Shown here piece by piece: positions 43,211 to 54,019 of a stretch of DNA of 64,000 nucleotides. The stretch covers positions 160,001 through 224,000 of the forward strand of contig JAHLVW010000062.1 in NCBI GenBank assembly GCA_019058275.1, read 5' to 3'. The DNA comes from Candidatus Heimdallarchaeota archaeon. Its GTDB lineage: Archaea > Asgardarchaeota > Heimdallarchaeia > JABLTI01. Position numbers and translations under genes: made by a program. The notes beneath the pieces are model-generated. The model ran no database searches. It was given only the letters and a program-made list of their open reading frames with translations, and was not told the DNA's origin. How positions within the stretch are numbered: the stretch's first letter is position 1; each line of letters starts with the position of its first letter.

Positions 43211-43789
43211 TTGAAAAAGACAATAAAGATGTTACTTATGCCAAATACTTCTTATTTTGTAGCACTTGGGTTTATTATTCTTGGAATTTTAACACTTGTT
43301 TCTGTTTCTTGGCCAAACAAACGAGGTGCTCCCTACTGGCCTACAAGATTAAAGAAGGTTCGTCAAATGCTAACTATGGCCAATGTTCAACCTGGTGAAT
43401 TGGTTTTTGACCTTGGTTGTGGTGATGGTCGGATTATTGTTATGGCTGCAAGACGCTTTAATGCTAGAGCTGTAGGTATAGAAATTGATCTTATACGTTA
43501 TCTTTGGTGTCAATTTTTAATCACAATACTTGGCTTACGTAAAAAAGTTCGAGTAATTTATGGTGATCTATTTACAAAGGATATTAGTAATGCTGATGTT
43601 GTCATTTGTTTTTTACTTCAAAATACTAATGATAAACTTGAAAGCAAACTTATAGAAGAACTACGACCTAATGCTAGAGTTGTTTCTCATACATATCTCT
43701 TTTCAGGTTTACCTTTAATTGCTATGGACGGAGAACAAGGATTATATGCTTATAATATTGGAATACAATCTGAAGGAAAAACTGATTAA
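43211..43789 (+). CDS. FAM173-like class I SAM methyltransferase with N-terminal TM, copy 2
   Basis: GAPYWPT, FDLGCGDGRI; closely similar to copy 1. Confidence 0.8.
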   Translation: MKKTIKMLLMPNTSYFVALGFIILGILTLVSVSWPNKRGAPYWPTRLKKVRQMLTMANVQPGELVFDLGCGDGRIIVMAARRFNARAVGIEIDLIRYLWCQFLITILGLRKKVRVIYGDLFTKDISNADVVICFLLQNTNDKLESKLIEELRPNARVVSHTYLFSGLPLIAMDGEQGLYAYNIGIQSEGKTD

Positions 43790-44151
43790 TCCTTTTCTGT
43801 CTCATCATTACTCTTCTTAATATACTCCTTATAAACTGGAGACATAAGTTCAATGCCCTCTCGCATCATATTAGAAATTATTCATCTATTATTAACTGAT
43901 ATTTTTACTATTTATTCGATAATTAAAAATGGAAAAGATTCACTAAATCAAACTAATATTGATTAAGGTTATTCAAATACAAGAATAATGGATTAAACTT
44001 TTAGGGGTATTTTTTCAAAATAATAATTTACTTTGTAATGATTTGAATTTCTACTACTATGATGCGAAAAGATTCATTAAATTAGAATAGTAGTTATTAA
44101 TACAAGGAGAAGAATATTCTATCCTGAGAATTATTATAGGGGATTAATAAT

Positions 44152-45207
44152 TTGAAGAACAAAATTTTGAGAAGAATTTCTCTTTTTTCTTTTGCTATGC
44201 TATTGGTTTTTAATTCATTTAATTCAATGAATCTAAATAAAATAGAGAGTATTGATCCTTACTTCACTCTTGTTTTCAAAACAAATAGCGGTGGAGTAAG
44301 ACCCGATTATGGTTATAAATTACAAGAACAGCTAGAACTTGTTGGGATTAATTTAACAGTTATTGTACAAGACTGGCCAACCTTTGTAGCTAAATTGATC
44401 ATTTTCAGAGACTTTGACCTTTTTTACGTCTGTCTACAAGGTGGTGGAAAAAGTCCAGATTATACTGGAATTTACGATGAAAACGGTTCACTCAACTTGT
44501 TCGGTTATAGTACAGACATGGATTATCATCATGATTTTGGTACAGGTATTAATCAATGGTATATGGACTTTGGTAATTTGATGATACCATCTGATAGTGC
44601 AAATAGGATACAACATTACTGGGATTGGGAACAATATATGATGAATAACATACTTCCCTTACAATCGACTTTCACACCTTATTATTACACAGCAAATTGG
44701 GCTAATCTTGATGGATACGATGTTCAGAATGATCTAATACAGTCTTGGGGAAAAATGTCTTGGAATGGAGCTCATTCTGAACAAGCTTCATTAAATGAAA
44801 TAGTTTATTCTGATGGCCCTTGGTCTGATCTTAACCTATTGTTCCAAGATGATGCTGCATCAGCTAGGATAAGCAAAGCTACACTGGATCCTTTGATATG
44901 GTATGATTCTGATGCAACATGGCAAAAACAAAAACACGATGATTTACAAGGAAAATATGTTTTTGTTTCTGGAAAGAGATTCTTCCATTATTTCGGATCC
45001 AAACCTTTAGAGCTTCCTTCAACTGAACTAATTAACATTCTTTATTGTGATATTGGTCATAAATGTATAGCTGATCCTGAGGTTCCACAAGAATTTCTTG
45101 ATTTTATTCATGATTTTAAGAAACAAAAGAAAATTGGATTTGTATCTCCTCCAGAAATTTGGCTAGAAAATGATGAATCATGGAAACAGTGTGAACCCAA
45201 AGAATAA
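44152..45207 (+). pseudogene. Chimeric ORF: N-terminal part of a family-5 ABC binding protein fused to an unrelated C-terminal fragment (Nmad2-like)
   Basis: Binding-protein motifs end at DPLIWYDS (about 44910); then HDDLQGKYVFVS...HYFGSKPLELP...IGHK. Confidence 0.6.
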
Positions 45208-45279
45208 ATATGATTTAATTCCTTTATCAGCGAAAAGTTAAAATGGAAGTCTTATAAAAATAAGACTGAGCTGAATTTT

Positions 45280-45645
45280 ATGTCCAAAAAGTCAAAAATA
45301 GTTTTTAATGCAGCTGATATTCATTCTAAACTTACATTAGAAGAAATTATTGCATTGATATCTACAGGAGATCGTGATTCACCTGAATATGGTCTAACAC
45401 TGATGATTCTTAAGAATCTGATTTCTGGTGATCGTTCTATCTCTAAAGATCAAATGTATGATATGTTTATGAGGAATCGGGAGCATATTTCAAAAGCAAG
45501 TTTCTATCGCATTCTTAGTAGACTTATATCTAGGGGAATGGTCACTTTTGATGATAAAAGACAAATCTATACACCAGCAATTTTATTTTCAAATTCATTA
45601 CAAAAATTAGCAATTGCATGGGAATCATTAGTATTAAGTCAGTGA
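45280..45645 (+). CDS. Small winged-helix DNA-binding protein
   Basis: ISKASFYRILSRLISRGMV. Confidence 0.7.
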   Translation: MSKKSKIVFNAADIHSKLTLEEIIALISTGDRDSPEYGLTLMILKNLISGDRSISKDQMYDMFMRNREHISKASFYRILSRLISRGMVTFDDKRQIYTPAILFSNSLQKLAIAWESLVLSQ

Positions 45646-45718
45646 TTTCTTTAACTTCAGAAAAACAGACACAAGTGATTTCAAGATTCAAAGAATATGA
45701 AATAGAGCTTTAGAGACA

Positions 45719-46777
45719 TCATAAAATATCTCTTTTTTCTAGCTCTTCTCTAATATCTTGCGATGAAAGGTGTATATACTTTAAGACATTGTTAATATTC
45801 CTATGTCTTGTTATTCTCCTAACCCATCCGATATCAAGACCTTGTTTAAGCAAATTAGTTGCACGACTATGTCTTAATGTGTAGTATCTAACATCATATC
45901 CTGCAGCTTTAGCAACAGGTCTAAAAACATGAGTTGCAAAATTGTTAGGATGATATTTCTTACCAGTTTTTGTTGGAAATAGAATATCTTCACCTTTTTT
46001 CAAATACTTGTAGTTATCAAGATAGTTCTTCAAAACTTTGCACAATTTATCTGAAATAGGAATTGCTTGGGGTTGCGAGTGTTTTAAAGGTTTTTCAATG
46101 AACACTTCTTTTTTCTTAAGATCTAAGTGTTTTAGTTTTAAATTACATAGCTCATCTGTTCTTAGTGCTGCTTCATAAGCCATTATAATCATTGATTTCA
46201 GTTTAAGTCCATCAAAATAGAAGCAGATATTTGGATAGGTTTTATGTTGTGTTGCTCTTGTGCTCTTAGGTGCAGGATATTTTCTACATGAGCAACAATC
46301 TGCTTCTGAAACTGCTTTGTGTTGAAAAGTACAATATTTAGAAGCAGTGTCTGCTATTTGTACAATGTTGTCAATTGTAAGAACATCTGGATTAAAATTA
46401 TCATTAAATTTCGGTGATGGAATTCTTGTCCAATTTAATTGTCTCTCATTTACTTCTAGGAATTTCTTTATTGTAGTTAGATATTTGTAAACACTCTTTC
46501 CACTTAATCCCGAATTCTCTTTAGTATAATCCTCTAATTCTTGTTTTGAAGGATTTCGACCAAAATTCCTTACGAATTTCTTAATCATACGTTTTTCTTT
46601 TAACCAGAGTTGGAACTTAATAATGTCATTTTCTTTTAGATACTCAAATTGTATACTATTCTCGAGTAGAAACTCTTGAAACCACTCTAATATGTCCAAA
46701 TATTGTCTTACTGTATGTGGAGAACGTTCCTCCACCTCTAGGAATCCTTTGAAAATTTCAATTTGAGTTGATAACAA
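45719..46777 (-). CDS. Tyrosine recombinase/integrase (Xer-like) with a Cys-rich insert
   Basis: RSPHTVRQY N-terminal domain, LRTDEL, TLRHSRAT, RH..I....KY catalytic motifs. Confidence 0.9.
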   Translation of the reverse strand: MLSTQIEIFKGFLEVEERSPHTVRQYLDILEWFQEFLLENSIQFEYLKENDIIKFQLWLKEKRMIKKFVRNFGRNPSKQELEDYTKENSGLSGKSVYKYLTTIKKFLEVNERQLNWTRIPSPKFNDNFNPDVLTIDNIVQIADTASKYCTFQHKAVSEADCCSCRKYPAPKSTRATQHKTYPNICFYFDGLKLKSMIIMAYEAALRTDELCNLKLKHLDLKKKEVFIEKPLKHSQPQAIPISDKLCKVLKNYLDNYKYLKKGEDILFPTKTGKKYHPNNFATHVFRPVAKAAGYDVRYYTLRHSRATNLLKQGLDIGWVRRITRHRNINNVLKYIHLSSQDIREELEKRDIL

Positions 46778-47061
46778 AACCTCACATCACTCAAGCATTT
46801 TGTTTTATACGTAAAGAAAGATGAACACGAATAAAAACAACTGTAATACTAATATCATATATCGATAATACAAAATTTACTGCTAAGAAACATAGTTTCA
46901 TTATAGTTGCTATTTTAATTACATTTTATGTTGAAAACAAAAAAGTGAAATAAGAGATGTGTATACAAAAGATTGATTATGTTATATTATCAGATTCAAA
47001 AAATAAAGCAACAATGTAATAAAGTAAACCTATTTGATATTTAAATACAATTGAGTATTGA

Positions 47062-48654
47062 GTGTTTCGCATTATGAATAGAAAGGCTAAGAAAACCAAA
47101 AAGCCTAAAGAAAATAATAAAACAGTTAGTGGAAACAAGAATGTTATTGTAGAAGAGCTAAAGAACACTAAAGAAGAGTTAATTTTACTTAAAAAACGTT
47201 TTAATTCATTATTTGAAAGAACAAATGATGCAATAATTCTTACTGATCTTGAAACCATGAGATTTGAAATGGTAAATTAAAAAGCAATGGATTTATTTGG
47301 TTTTACAAAGGATGAGATGAAGAATTTTTCAGCAAGGGATTTTATTCCAGAGAGCGATTTAGAAGACAGTGAAAGCAAGCTGACTGAATTATTAAGTGGG
47401 GAAAATTTACCAATTTATGAACGTATTTTCCAAAAAAAATCTGGGGAGCTATTTCATGCAGAAATAAATCTTTCATTGATAGAGGATCATGTAACTAACA
47501 GAAAGTTCTTTCAAAGTATAATGAGAGATATAACAAAAAGAAAAATAACTGAGGTAGCAAAGGAACGAGAAAGAAGAGTCTTCCAGAAAATAGCTAATGC
47601 TGCTATCCAAACTACTGATATTCATGAATTTTGCAATCGTGCTCTAGCAGATTTATTGGAAGAACTTGATTTTAATTTTGGAACATTAAGAATACTGGAT
47701 AAGGATCTGGATGCCTTAGTACCTATTGCTGTAAATGGAATTCCTGATCATTTAACAAGAGAATTAAATCCAATTATAGTATCAGATGATAAATACATAG
47801 TCTCTTATGTTATAAGAAATAAGAAACCAATCTTTACTGGTGATGCAAGAAATGAATCTTTTTTAAAGAAATATCAGTCACGTTTGGAATTATTTAATGT
47901 TATAGCTTTACTCTCTTGACCTATTCTTGATAAGGATAATAATGTATTTGGTGTTTTACAACTTTCAGCAAACGAACCTAAAGAACTACAAAAAGAGGAC
48001 ATAGCATTTTTCGAATCAATTGCTCATATCTTAACAAATGCTTTGGAAAGATTACAAGCTGAAGAAGCTTTAGAAGAAGCCTTTCACGAAAGACAGGAAA
48101 TTAATCGGATTATTGAATTAAGTCCAGCTGTAATATTCTTGTGGCATAATGAAGAGGATTGGCTAGTGGAATATGTTTCTAAGAATGTTAACATATTTGG
48201 TTATAATCCTGATGAATTCTATTCTGGAAAAATTATCCATCCTAATGATCTTGAAGTAGAACCAATTTTAAATTATAATCACGATGTTTCTCCTTATACT
48301 TCCCCTCTTGAATATAGAATCATAACTAAAGATGGTAAAATTAAATGGGTTATAGAATATTCAACGCCAAGGGTGAATAAAGAAGGTAAAATAACTCATT
48401 ATTATGGTTTAATATTGGACATAACAGAAAGAAGAAAGCAAGAAGAATTTCTGATTAGAGACCGTACTACTTTTAAAATAGAATTAATTAAGAAGAAGGG
48501 TATTGAAACACCATTAGTTTGTGTTTCAGGTTCTGAGATGTTTGATATTAAAGATCAATGTCTTGATGTTGGAGCAAAAGCATTTATTCTGAAAGACAAT
48601 TTAACAGAATTTGCGAAAACAATAGAGAATATTTTGAAACAATGTTTTGGTTAA
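47062..48654 (+). pseudogene. PAS-GAF-PAS sensor remnant fused to the C-terminal half of a receiver domain
   Basis: One frame with TAA at 47278 and TGA at 47917; RDITKRK and DITERRK PAS ends; ends TPLVCVSG...GAKAFILK. Confidence 0.8.
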
Positions 48655-48666
48655 TTAAAACATTAG

Positions 48667-48722
48667 AATGGAAGAATCAGGTAAGAAATAAAGAACAATA
48701 GTTCTTACCTGAATTCTCCATT
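48667..48722. terminator. Long inverted repeat between convergent genes
   Basis: aatggaagaaTCAGGTAAGAA...TTCTTACCTGAattctccatt. Confidence 0.55.
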
Positions 48723-48780
48723 ACTTTACCAATTATTTTGGATTTTGAGGGATATTCCAGATCAATGCATGGTGATCAAA

Positions 48781-49563
48781 TTAGACTGAAGCGCCACATT
48801 GAGGACAATAGCGAGTGTCCTTAGGGGTTAAGGGTGAACCGCAAGATTGGCAGAATTTACCATCTATATCTTCTGATAAATCATCATTATCTTCTTCTCT
48901 TTGTTCTGAAGAATCAGCTCTTTCTTCTCTTTTTGGTTTAGTATTTTTGCTATTGAAATATGCTGTAGCAATAATTTTTGCAAAGAAACCTGTTAATCCA
49001 AAAAGCAATATAAATGCCATTATTGAAGCAGCAGTTATGTGGCCCCAAGGTATAATAGTAACATCAAGGTCTAATGTAACATTAAATTCACTATCATTAA
49101 AAACAATGAAATAATAATCATCTTCCGATGAGACTTGTAAATTATTGACATCGAAATCTGCTCGATGATAGTAAAAAGTACTATTTAATGCAGTTGGTTC
49201 AGGATAACTAGCTATAGCCCAATCTTCAAATTGTATTCTTGACATTACTGATAGAATAATCGGCACAGGATCAAAATGTGTTACAATATATGTCCTGTTC
49301 TCATCATATGGGTCTGTTGTATTTACATCATATCGGTACTCTGAATCAAACCTCATGTTAATTCTAGCAGCTTCTCTTATTTCAAAATTAAAGTAACTAT
49401 GCTCTCCAACTAACATAATCTCATTGGGATAATACATATAAAAGGTTTTAACATTTCTACCTATATTAATCCCTTCAACAATACCAGCAACACAACTTCC
49501 AATAATTAAGAATACCATGATTCCTGTGAAATCTGTAAAGAATTTGTAATTACTACTGGTCAT
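48781..49563 (-). CDS. Two-TM membrane protein with C-terminal double zinc ribbon
   Basis: FCQSCG...YCPQCG. Confidence 0.75.
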   Translation of the reverse strand: MTSSNYKFFTDFTGIMVFLIIGSCVAGIVEGINIGRNVKTFYMYYPNEIMLVGEHSYFNFEIREAARINMRFDSEYRYDVNTTDPYDENRTYIVTHFDPVPIILSVMSRIQFEDWAIASYPEPTALNSTFYYHRADFDVNNLQVSSEDDYYFIVFNDSEFNVTLDLDVTIIPWGHITAASIMAFILLFGLTGFFAKIIATAYFNSKNTKPKREERADSSEQREEDNDDLSEDIDGKFCQSCGSPLTPKDTRYCPQCGASV

Positions 49564-49611
49564 TCTTTTTCACCTTTTTTTTTGAACCTTATAATAACTA
49601 AAGTTTTGTTA

Positions 49612-49640
49612 GTTACTACTTGAGTAGTGACCTTTATATA
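49612..49640 (+). promoter_or_regulatory. Palindromic operator next to the TATA box of the TrmB-family gene
   Basis: GTTACTACT-TG-AGTAGTGAC followed by CTTTATATA. Confidence 0.6.
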
Positions 49641-49672
49641 TGTATCTTAACATATAGTAATCATTAAAATAG

Positions 49673-50728
49673 ATGAAATCAAAAGTTAGATGTTGTGATA
49701 GTATGCAGATAAGCGAACAGCTAGTTGAGGGTCTCACAAAAATAGGGTTGCAAAAATATCAAGCACAGGTATATATTGCCAGTCTTGTTCTAGGTGAAGC
49801 TTCTGCGTACTTAATTGCCAAAGAATCTAATGTACCTAGATCCAAAGTCTATGAGGTTTTAGATGGATTAGTTGAATTAGGATTTATAGCTAAAGTTCCT
49901 TCTGACAAAGGAATGCTTTTCAAAGCATTACCCCCAGAAGATACTATTGATAATGCCATAATAAGTATTGTTAATACTATTGATAGTGTAAAAAAGGAAA
50001 TTGAAGTTTTAAAAGAGGATCAAAAAGGAAAATCTTCAGATCCACCAATTGTAATTTTCAGTAATACTAGTTCTTTAATGGATATGATAAAAGATGGTGC
50101 TTTTCTCGAGGCATGGATTGATAACAATTTAGCTATTGCAATGGATTTACGAAAGGCAATTTCAAAGAAAAAGTGTGATATTCATACGATTACAAGTACT
50201 TTTCCCTTATCATTTATTTTGGGATCCGAGGATTCTTACTTTATTCGAGGAAGAAATGGTTCTTTGTTCATGATTAGATTTTCTAACAATATCATTCAAC
50301 AAATCCTTGGGTTAGTTGAAAAAACAAAACCTGAAATAAAAGAGGAAATCACTCGAGAAAGCGGAGTTAGAATTCTTCGAGAAACAGCTATTATGAGCTT
50401 AGATGACAAAATTAGATTAGTCATTCCAGGTTTTGATTGGAAAACTGAAAAGGTTCTTTTCTGGGGATATATTGACACATCTGCTGGTGCATTTAAGAGT
50501 ATAACTCCTTGTGATTGTTTTATTACTGATACTCGAATACTAATTAGTTCTGATGATGGTCGAGTTTTTGCTAGAGCTATTAAATTCATTAAGAAAATTT
50601 ATTTAGCTAATAATCAAGTTAATATCACGTTTTCTAGAGTTGGTGGAACAGAACAGTTAGCTATCAAATCTATTTCTTATGCTAAAATAATCGATAATTT
50701 ACTTGGTTTCATTTTGAAGAGAAAATAA
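49673..50728 (+). CDS. TrmB-family transcriptional regulator
   Basis: GLQKYQAQVY..L..GEASAY.IAKESNVPRSKVYEVL..L. Confidence 0.9.
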   Translation: MKSKVRCCDSMQISEQLVEGLTKIGLQKYQAQVYIASLVLGEASAYLIAKESNVPRSKVYEVLDGLVELGFIAKVPSDKGMLFKALPPEDTIDNAIISIVNTIDSVKKEIEVLKEDQKGKSSDPPIVIFSNTSSLMDMIKDGAFLEAWIDNNLAIAMDLRKAISKKKCDIHTITSTFPLSFILGSEDSYFIRGRNGSLFMIRFSNNIIQQILGLVEKTKPEIKEEITRESGVRILRETAIMSLDDKIRLVIPGFDWKTEKVLFWGYIDTSAGAFKSITPCDCFITDTRILISSDDGRVFARAIKFIKKIYLANNQVNITFSRVGGTEQLAIKSISYAKIIDNLLGFILKRK

Positions 50729-50800
50729 TTAAGGGAAATTGTAAATAACCCTTTTCTTTATATTTTTGATGTAATGAGGATACTAATTATGATACTTAAG

Positions 50801-53211
50801 TGAACGCTAAAGTTGGGATTTTTGATCACTTATGGAACTGACACAATGTCTTCGTGCTTAAGCGCTATTAGATATATGCTGAAGAACTTACCATCTAATG
50901 TAGCAATCACCGGATCACAAGTACCATTAAGCTTTCAATTTTCTTCCTCTGATGTTTATCCAAATGTCGAGAATTCAATCAAATTGCTTACACAACTAAC
51001 TGGACCAGAGGTTTTTGTTGTTTTCAATTATGGTCAAGCAGCATTTCAAGATGCATTATGGAAAATTGATAAGTGGTCTCCAGATGCTTTTACCGGGGAA
51101 GAATTAGCAAAAATTTCTTTGGATGAGATTATAATCAAGGGAAGAGCTTACCCACTTAATCTTACTAGAAAATTGGACAAGTTGTTTCACATACGAACTG
51201 AGGTACTATTGACTCTATTCAAACTGATGATGGTTTGTTAATACCAACTGGCAATCTTGTTTCCAATTTCATATCTCAGAGATTCAAAGAATCTTATGAG
51301 GAATTCATATCTATTTCACTAATGTCTGTAGATTCCTGGAAAATTATTAGTAAGAGAATTGCTGATGAATGTCAAAAAGCAGGTTATACTACCTTCTGTG
51401 ATGATAATTTCAATTCAAACATCCAAATTATATCTACTTCACCTTTGATGACAGAACAAGATTATATGGATGCTTTTGATAAAGCGGATGGAATCATTTT
51501 GAATGCTTTTGGAAGTGGGACAATCAACACTAAAATTGACTCTGGTTTTTTTCCTTTGCCAGCAATAGAAAAGGCAATTGCAAAAGGAAAAGTAATAGTA
51601 ATTGCTTCTCATACACCATTTGGGACACAAGATTTCATTTATCAAAACGCTTGGGAGCCTATAAGAAAAAGAGCTATTCCTGCTGGAGATTTCAGTATAT
51701 CCCATTGTCAGATAAAATTAGCTTATATTCTTGGGCATATGAAGGAACTAACTAAAATTGCAAAGAAAAACAAAATTCCTTTTGATGTACTCATCAAAAT
51801 CGCATTTCTAACAGGTATTGACTTTAGATCAAATGCTAGTAGAAAGAAGTTCGAGAAACTAATTGGATACCAAATACCCTTAAGAGATCCTTTCTTTAAT
51901 TTGCCATTTGAATTAGGATTACAAAAAATTATTCGTTTCTTGAATAAAAAAGAAACACAACAAATCAAAATTAATACTTAATCATTTGTAGATGCATTTG
52001 AGAAGTACTTCAAACAACCTAATAAGAGAAATAAATGGGCTATGATATTTAAACCAGATACTGTAATTGGTAGTAACCAATGGGGGGAATTAATTGATGA
52101 AGCAAAGAATTTAGCAACCATCACTAGTGAACTTCTTGATTGGAATGTTGTGATTCTAGAGTTATCTGAAATAAACTATCAAGATTTACTTGAGAAAGTG
52201 GGTTTATTATGTACAAATGAAACGTTTGGTGAATTCCTATGACCATTTAGATATGTCATTATTGAAGGGGAAAGACAATCCCTATACGATGCGCAAAGCT
52301 ATGATCAAATCTCAAATGGTTTATTCAGTAGAGAAGATTATTTGCATTTATTACGAAGTATTATGTTAGCTCGAAATAAACCTGGTTCAAATCCTGCATT
52401 ATTTTTATGTCTTGGACATCAAGGTTATGCAGAGATGCTAAGGGAATATTTAGTTAATTTAATCAAAAATGCAAAACAAACATCTGAAATCATTACTAAA
52501 TATGATGAAAAAGCAGCACAACATTTCAAAAAATTGATTAGTGAGATATCAAATGTTGGTGAGAATATTGTTGTTAGAAGAAGAAATGATGAAATTGTTG
52601 CGAGCAATTTTACAGATCAATATTTTGCTGTAAAACAAAATGAGATGCCAGAAGTTGGTTTAAAGAGACTAATTATCTACAAACCACCTAAAGATAAGGT
52701 TCCTGATGAACTAATTAAAGTCTATAATAAGATTTCAAAATTACATGTAGGATTACTCGAGGATTTCTATTTGCTAGAATCACTTGACATTGTAATGCTA
52801 CATGGTGATGAAGTCAATGAAGAAGCTATTCTATTCATAAATTGGGCACTTAGCTTAATATCAAAGTTCTCAAGATCACATTTCAAGATTCTACAAGAAG
52901 ACCCACAATTGCGTAAAATATCTAACCTACCTATTGGATTAGAAATACCAAGCTCAACACTTTATGGTTTTGATGAGAAGGATAAGACGCTAACAGAAAT
53001 TGCTGGATTGGTTGTTTACTATTATGATCCACAAACAGGAATTGTAAAACGAGATTACACTTTGCAATACCATCCTGAACTAATGGAAGAAATCAGGATA
53101 TTACAGAAAAAAGATTTCGAGAGCAAAACGCTCCTCGATTTGCCAGATGGTATACAATTATTGCTATCATGTCTACAAGCAGGATTTATTGAAACATCAA
53201 AGAAGTTTTAA
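50801..53211 (+). pseudogene. Asparaginase-like domain fused to a class I glutamine amidotransferase-like domain, disrupted
   Basis: YGTDTM, TGSQVP, frameshifted T(G)GTIDS, GIILNAFGSG; one frame 51235-53211 with stops at 51979 and 52240; LCLGHQ and QYHPE. Confidence 0.75.
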
Positions 53212-53217
53212 TGAAAT

Positions 53218-53898
53218 CTATTTCTCTTCTTCTCCAGCTTTTTGTGCAACGATCCAAACGTAACCACGTAAATCATCTGGTCGTCGTAGTCTCTCGTCCC
53301 GTCCTACACTCAAAAGTGTCCAACCCTTAAAGACTTCTCTTAACTCTTCTTCGTAAATGAATTTCATTGGTGGATCTGTTTTGAAGTGTGGGGGAATATT
53401 TCCAGAATATGCAACCATGCCACCAGGTTTAATGGCCGCAGCAATTTCCTTAAGTCTAGGAATTGCTCTATCAAATAGATATTGTAATACTTGAACAGCA
53501 ACAATAATATCGTAACTTTCTGGTTCTAACGTCCAATCATCAATATTTTTCTGTTTAGCTATAACTTGTTTCTCTAATCCTAGTACTTTTGCTCTTCTGC
53601 TAGTCACTTCAATAGCACTTTCCAGAGCATCTATTGCATGAACCTTACAACCAAGTTTTGCAAGAAAACAAGCATATCGGCCATCCCCACAACCAAGATC
53701 TAAAGCTTTTAAACATTCACCTTTTCCATAAATCTTCATACCTATAACCTGAACTGGTTGAGTGATAAAAGTTAGATTCTTATACTGTTCGTCTGAACCT
53801 TCTAATAACTTCTTGTGATAATTGTCCCAACCATTCATCCATTTATCTGGAGCTTGAACTTTTAAGTGCTCTTTCTTTGAATTCATTTTGGCAACCAA
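53218..53898 (-). CDS. Class I SAM methyltransferase (TehB-like)
   Basis: ALDLGCGDGRYACFLA..G..V.AID. Confidence 0.85.
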   Translation of the reverse strand: MVAKMNSKKEHLKVQAPDKWMNGWDNYHKKLLEGSDEQYKNLTFITQPVQVIGMKIYGKGECLKALDLGCGDGRYACFLAKLGCKVHAIDALESAIEVTSRRAKVLGLEKQVIAKQKNIDDWTLEPESYDIIVAVQVLQYLFDRAIPRLKEIAAAIKPGGMVAYSGNIPPHFKTDPPMKFIYEEELREVFKGWTLLSVGRDERLRRPDDLRGYVWIVAQKAGEEEK

Positions 53899-54019
53899 AA
53901 ATCAATTGATTTACATCTTTTTTAAACAAATCAAAGCTCTTGGAAAATCCCTTAAATATCCAGTTTGTAACATAAATGAGAAAGAATTATTAGATTTTAA
54001 TAATCATAAATAGTCTGGT

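Noticed and set aside
43790-47060. Provirus or integrative element around the recombinase
   Set aside because: No att repeats, tRNA, replication, capsid or conjugation genes were visible
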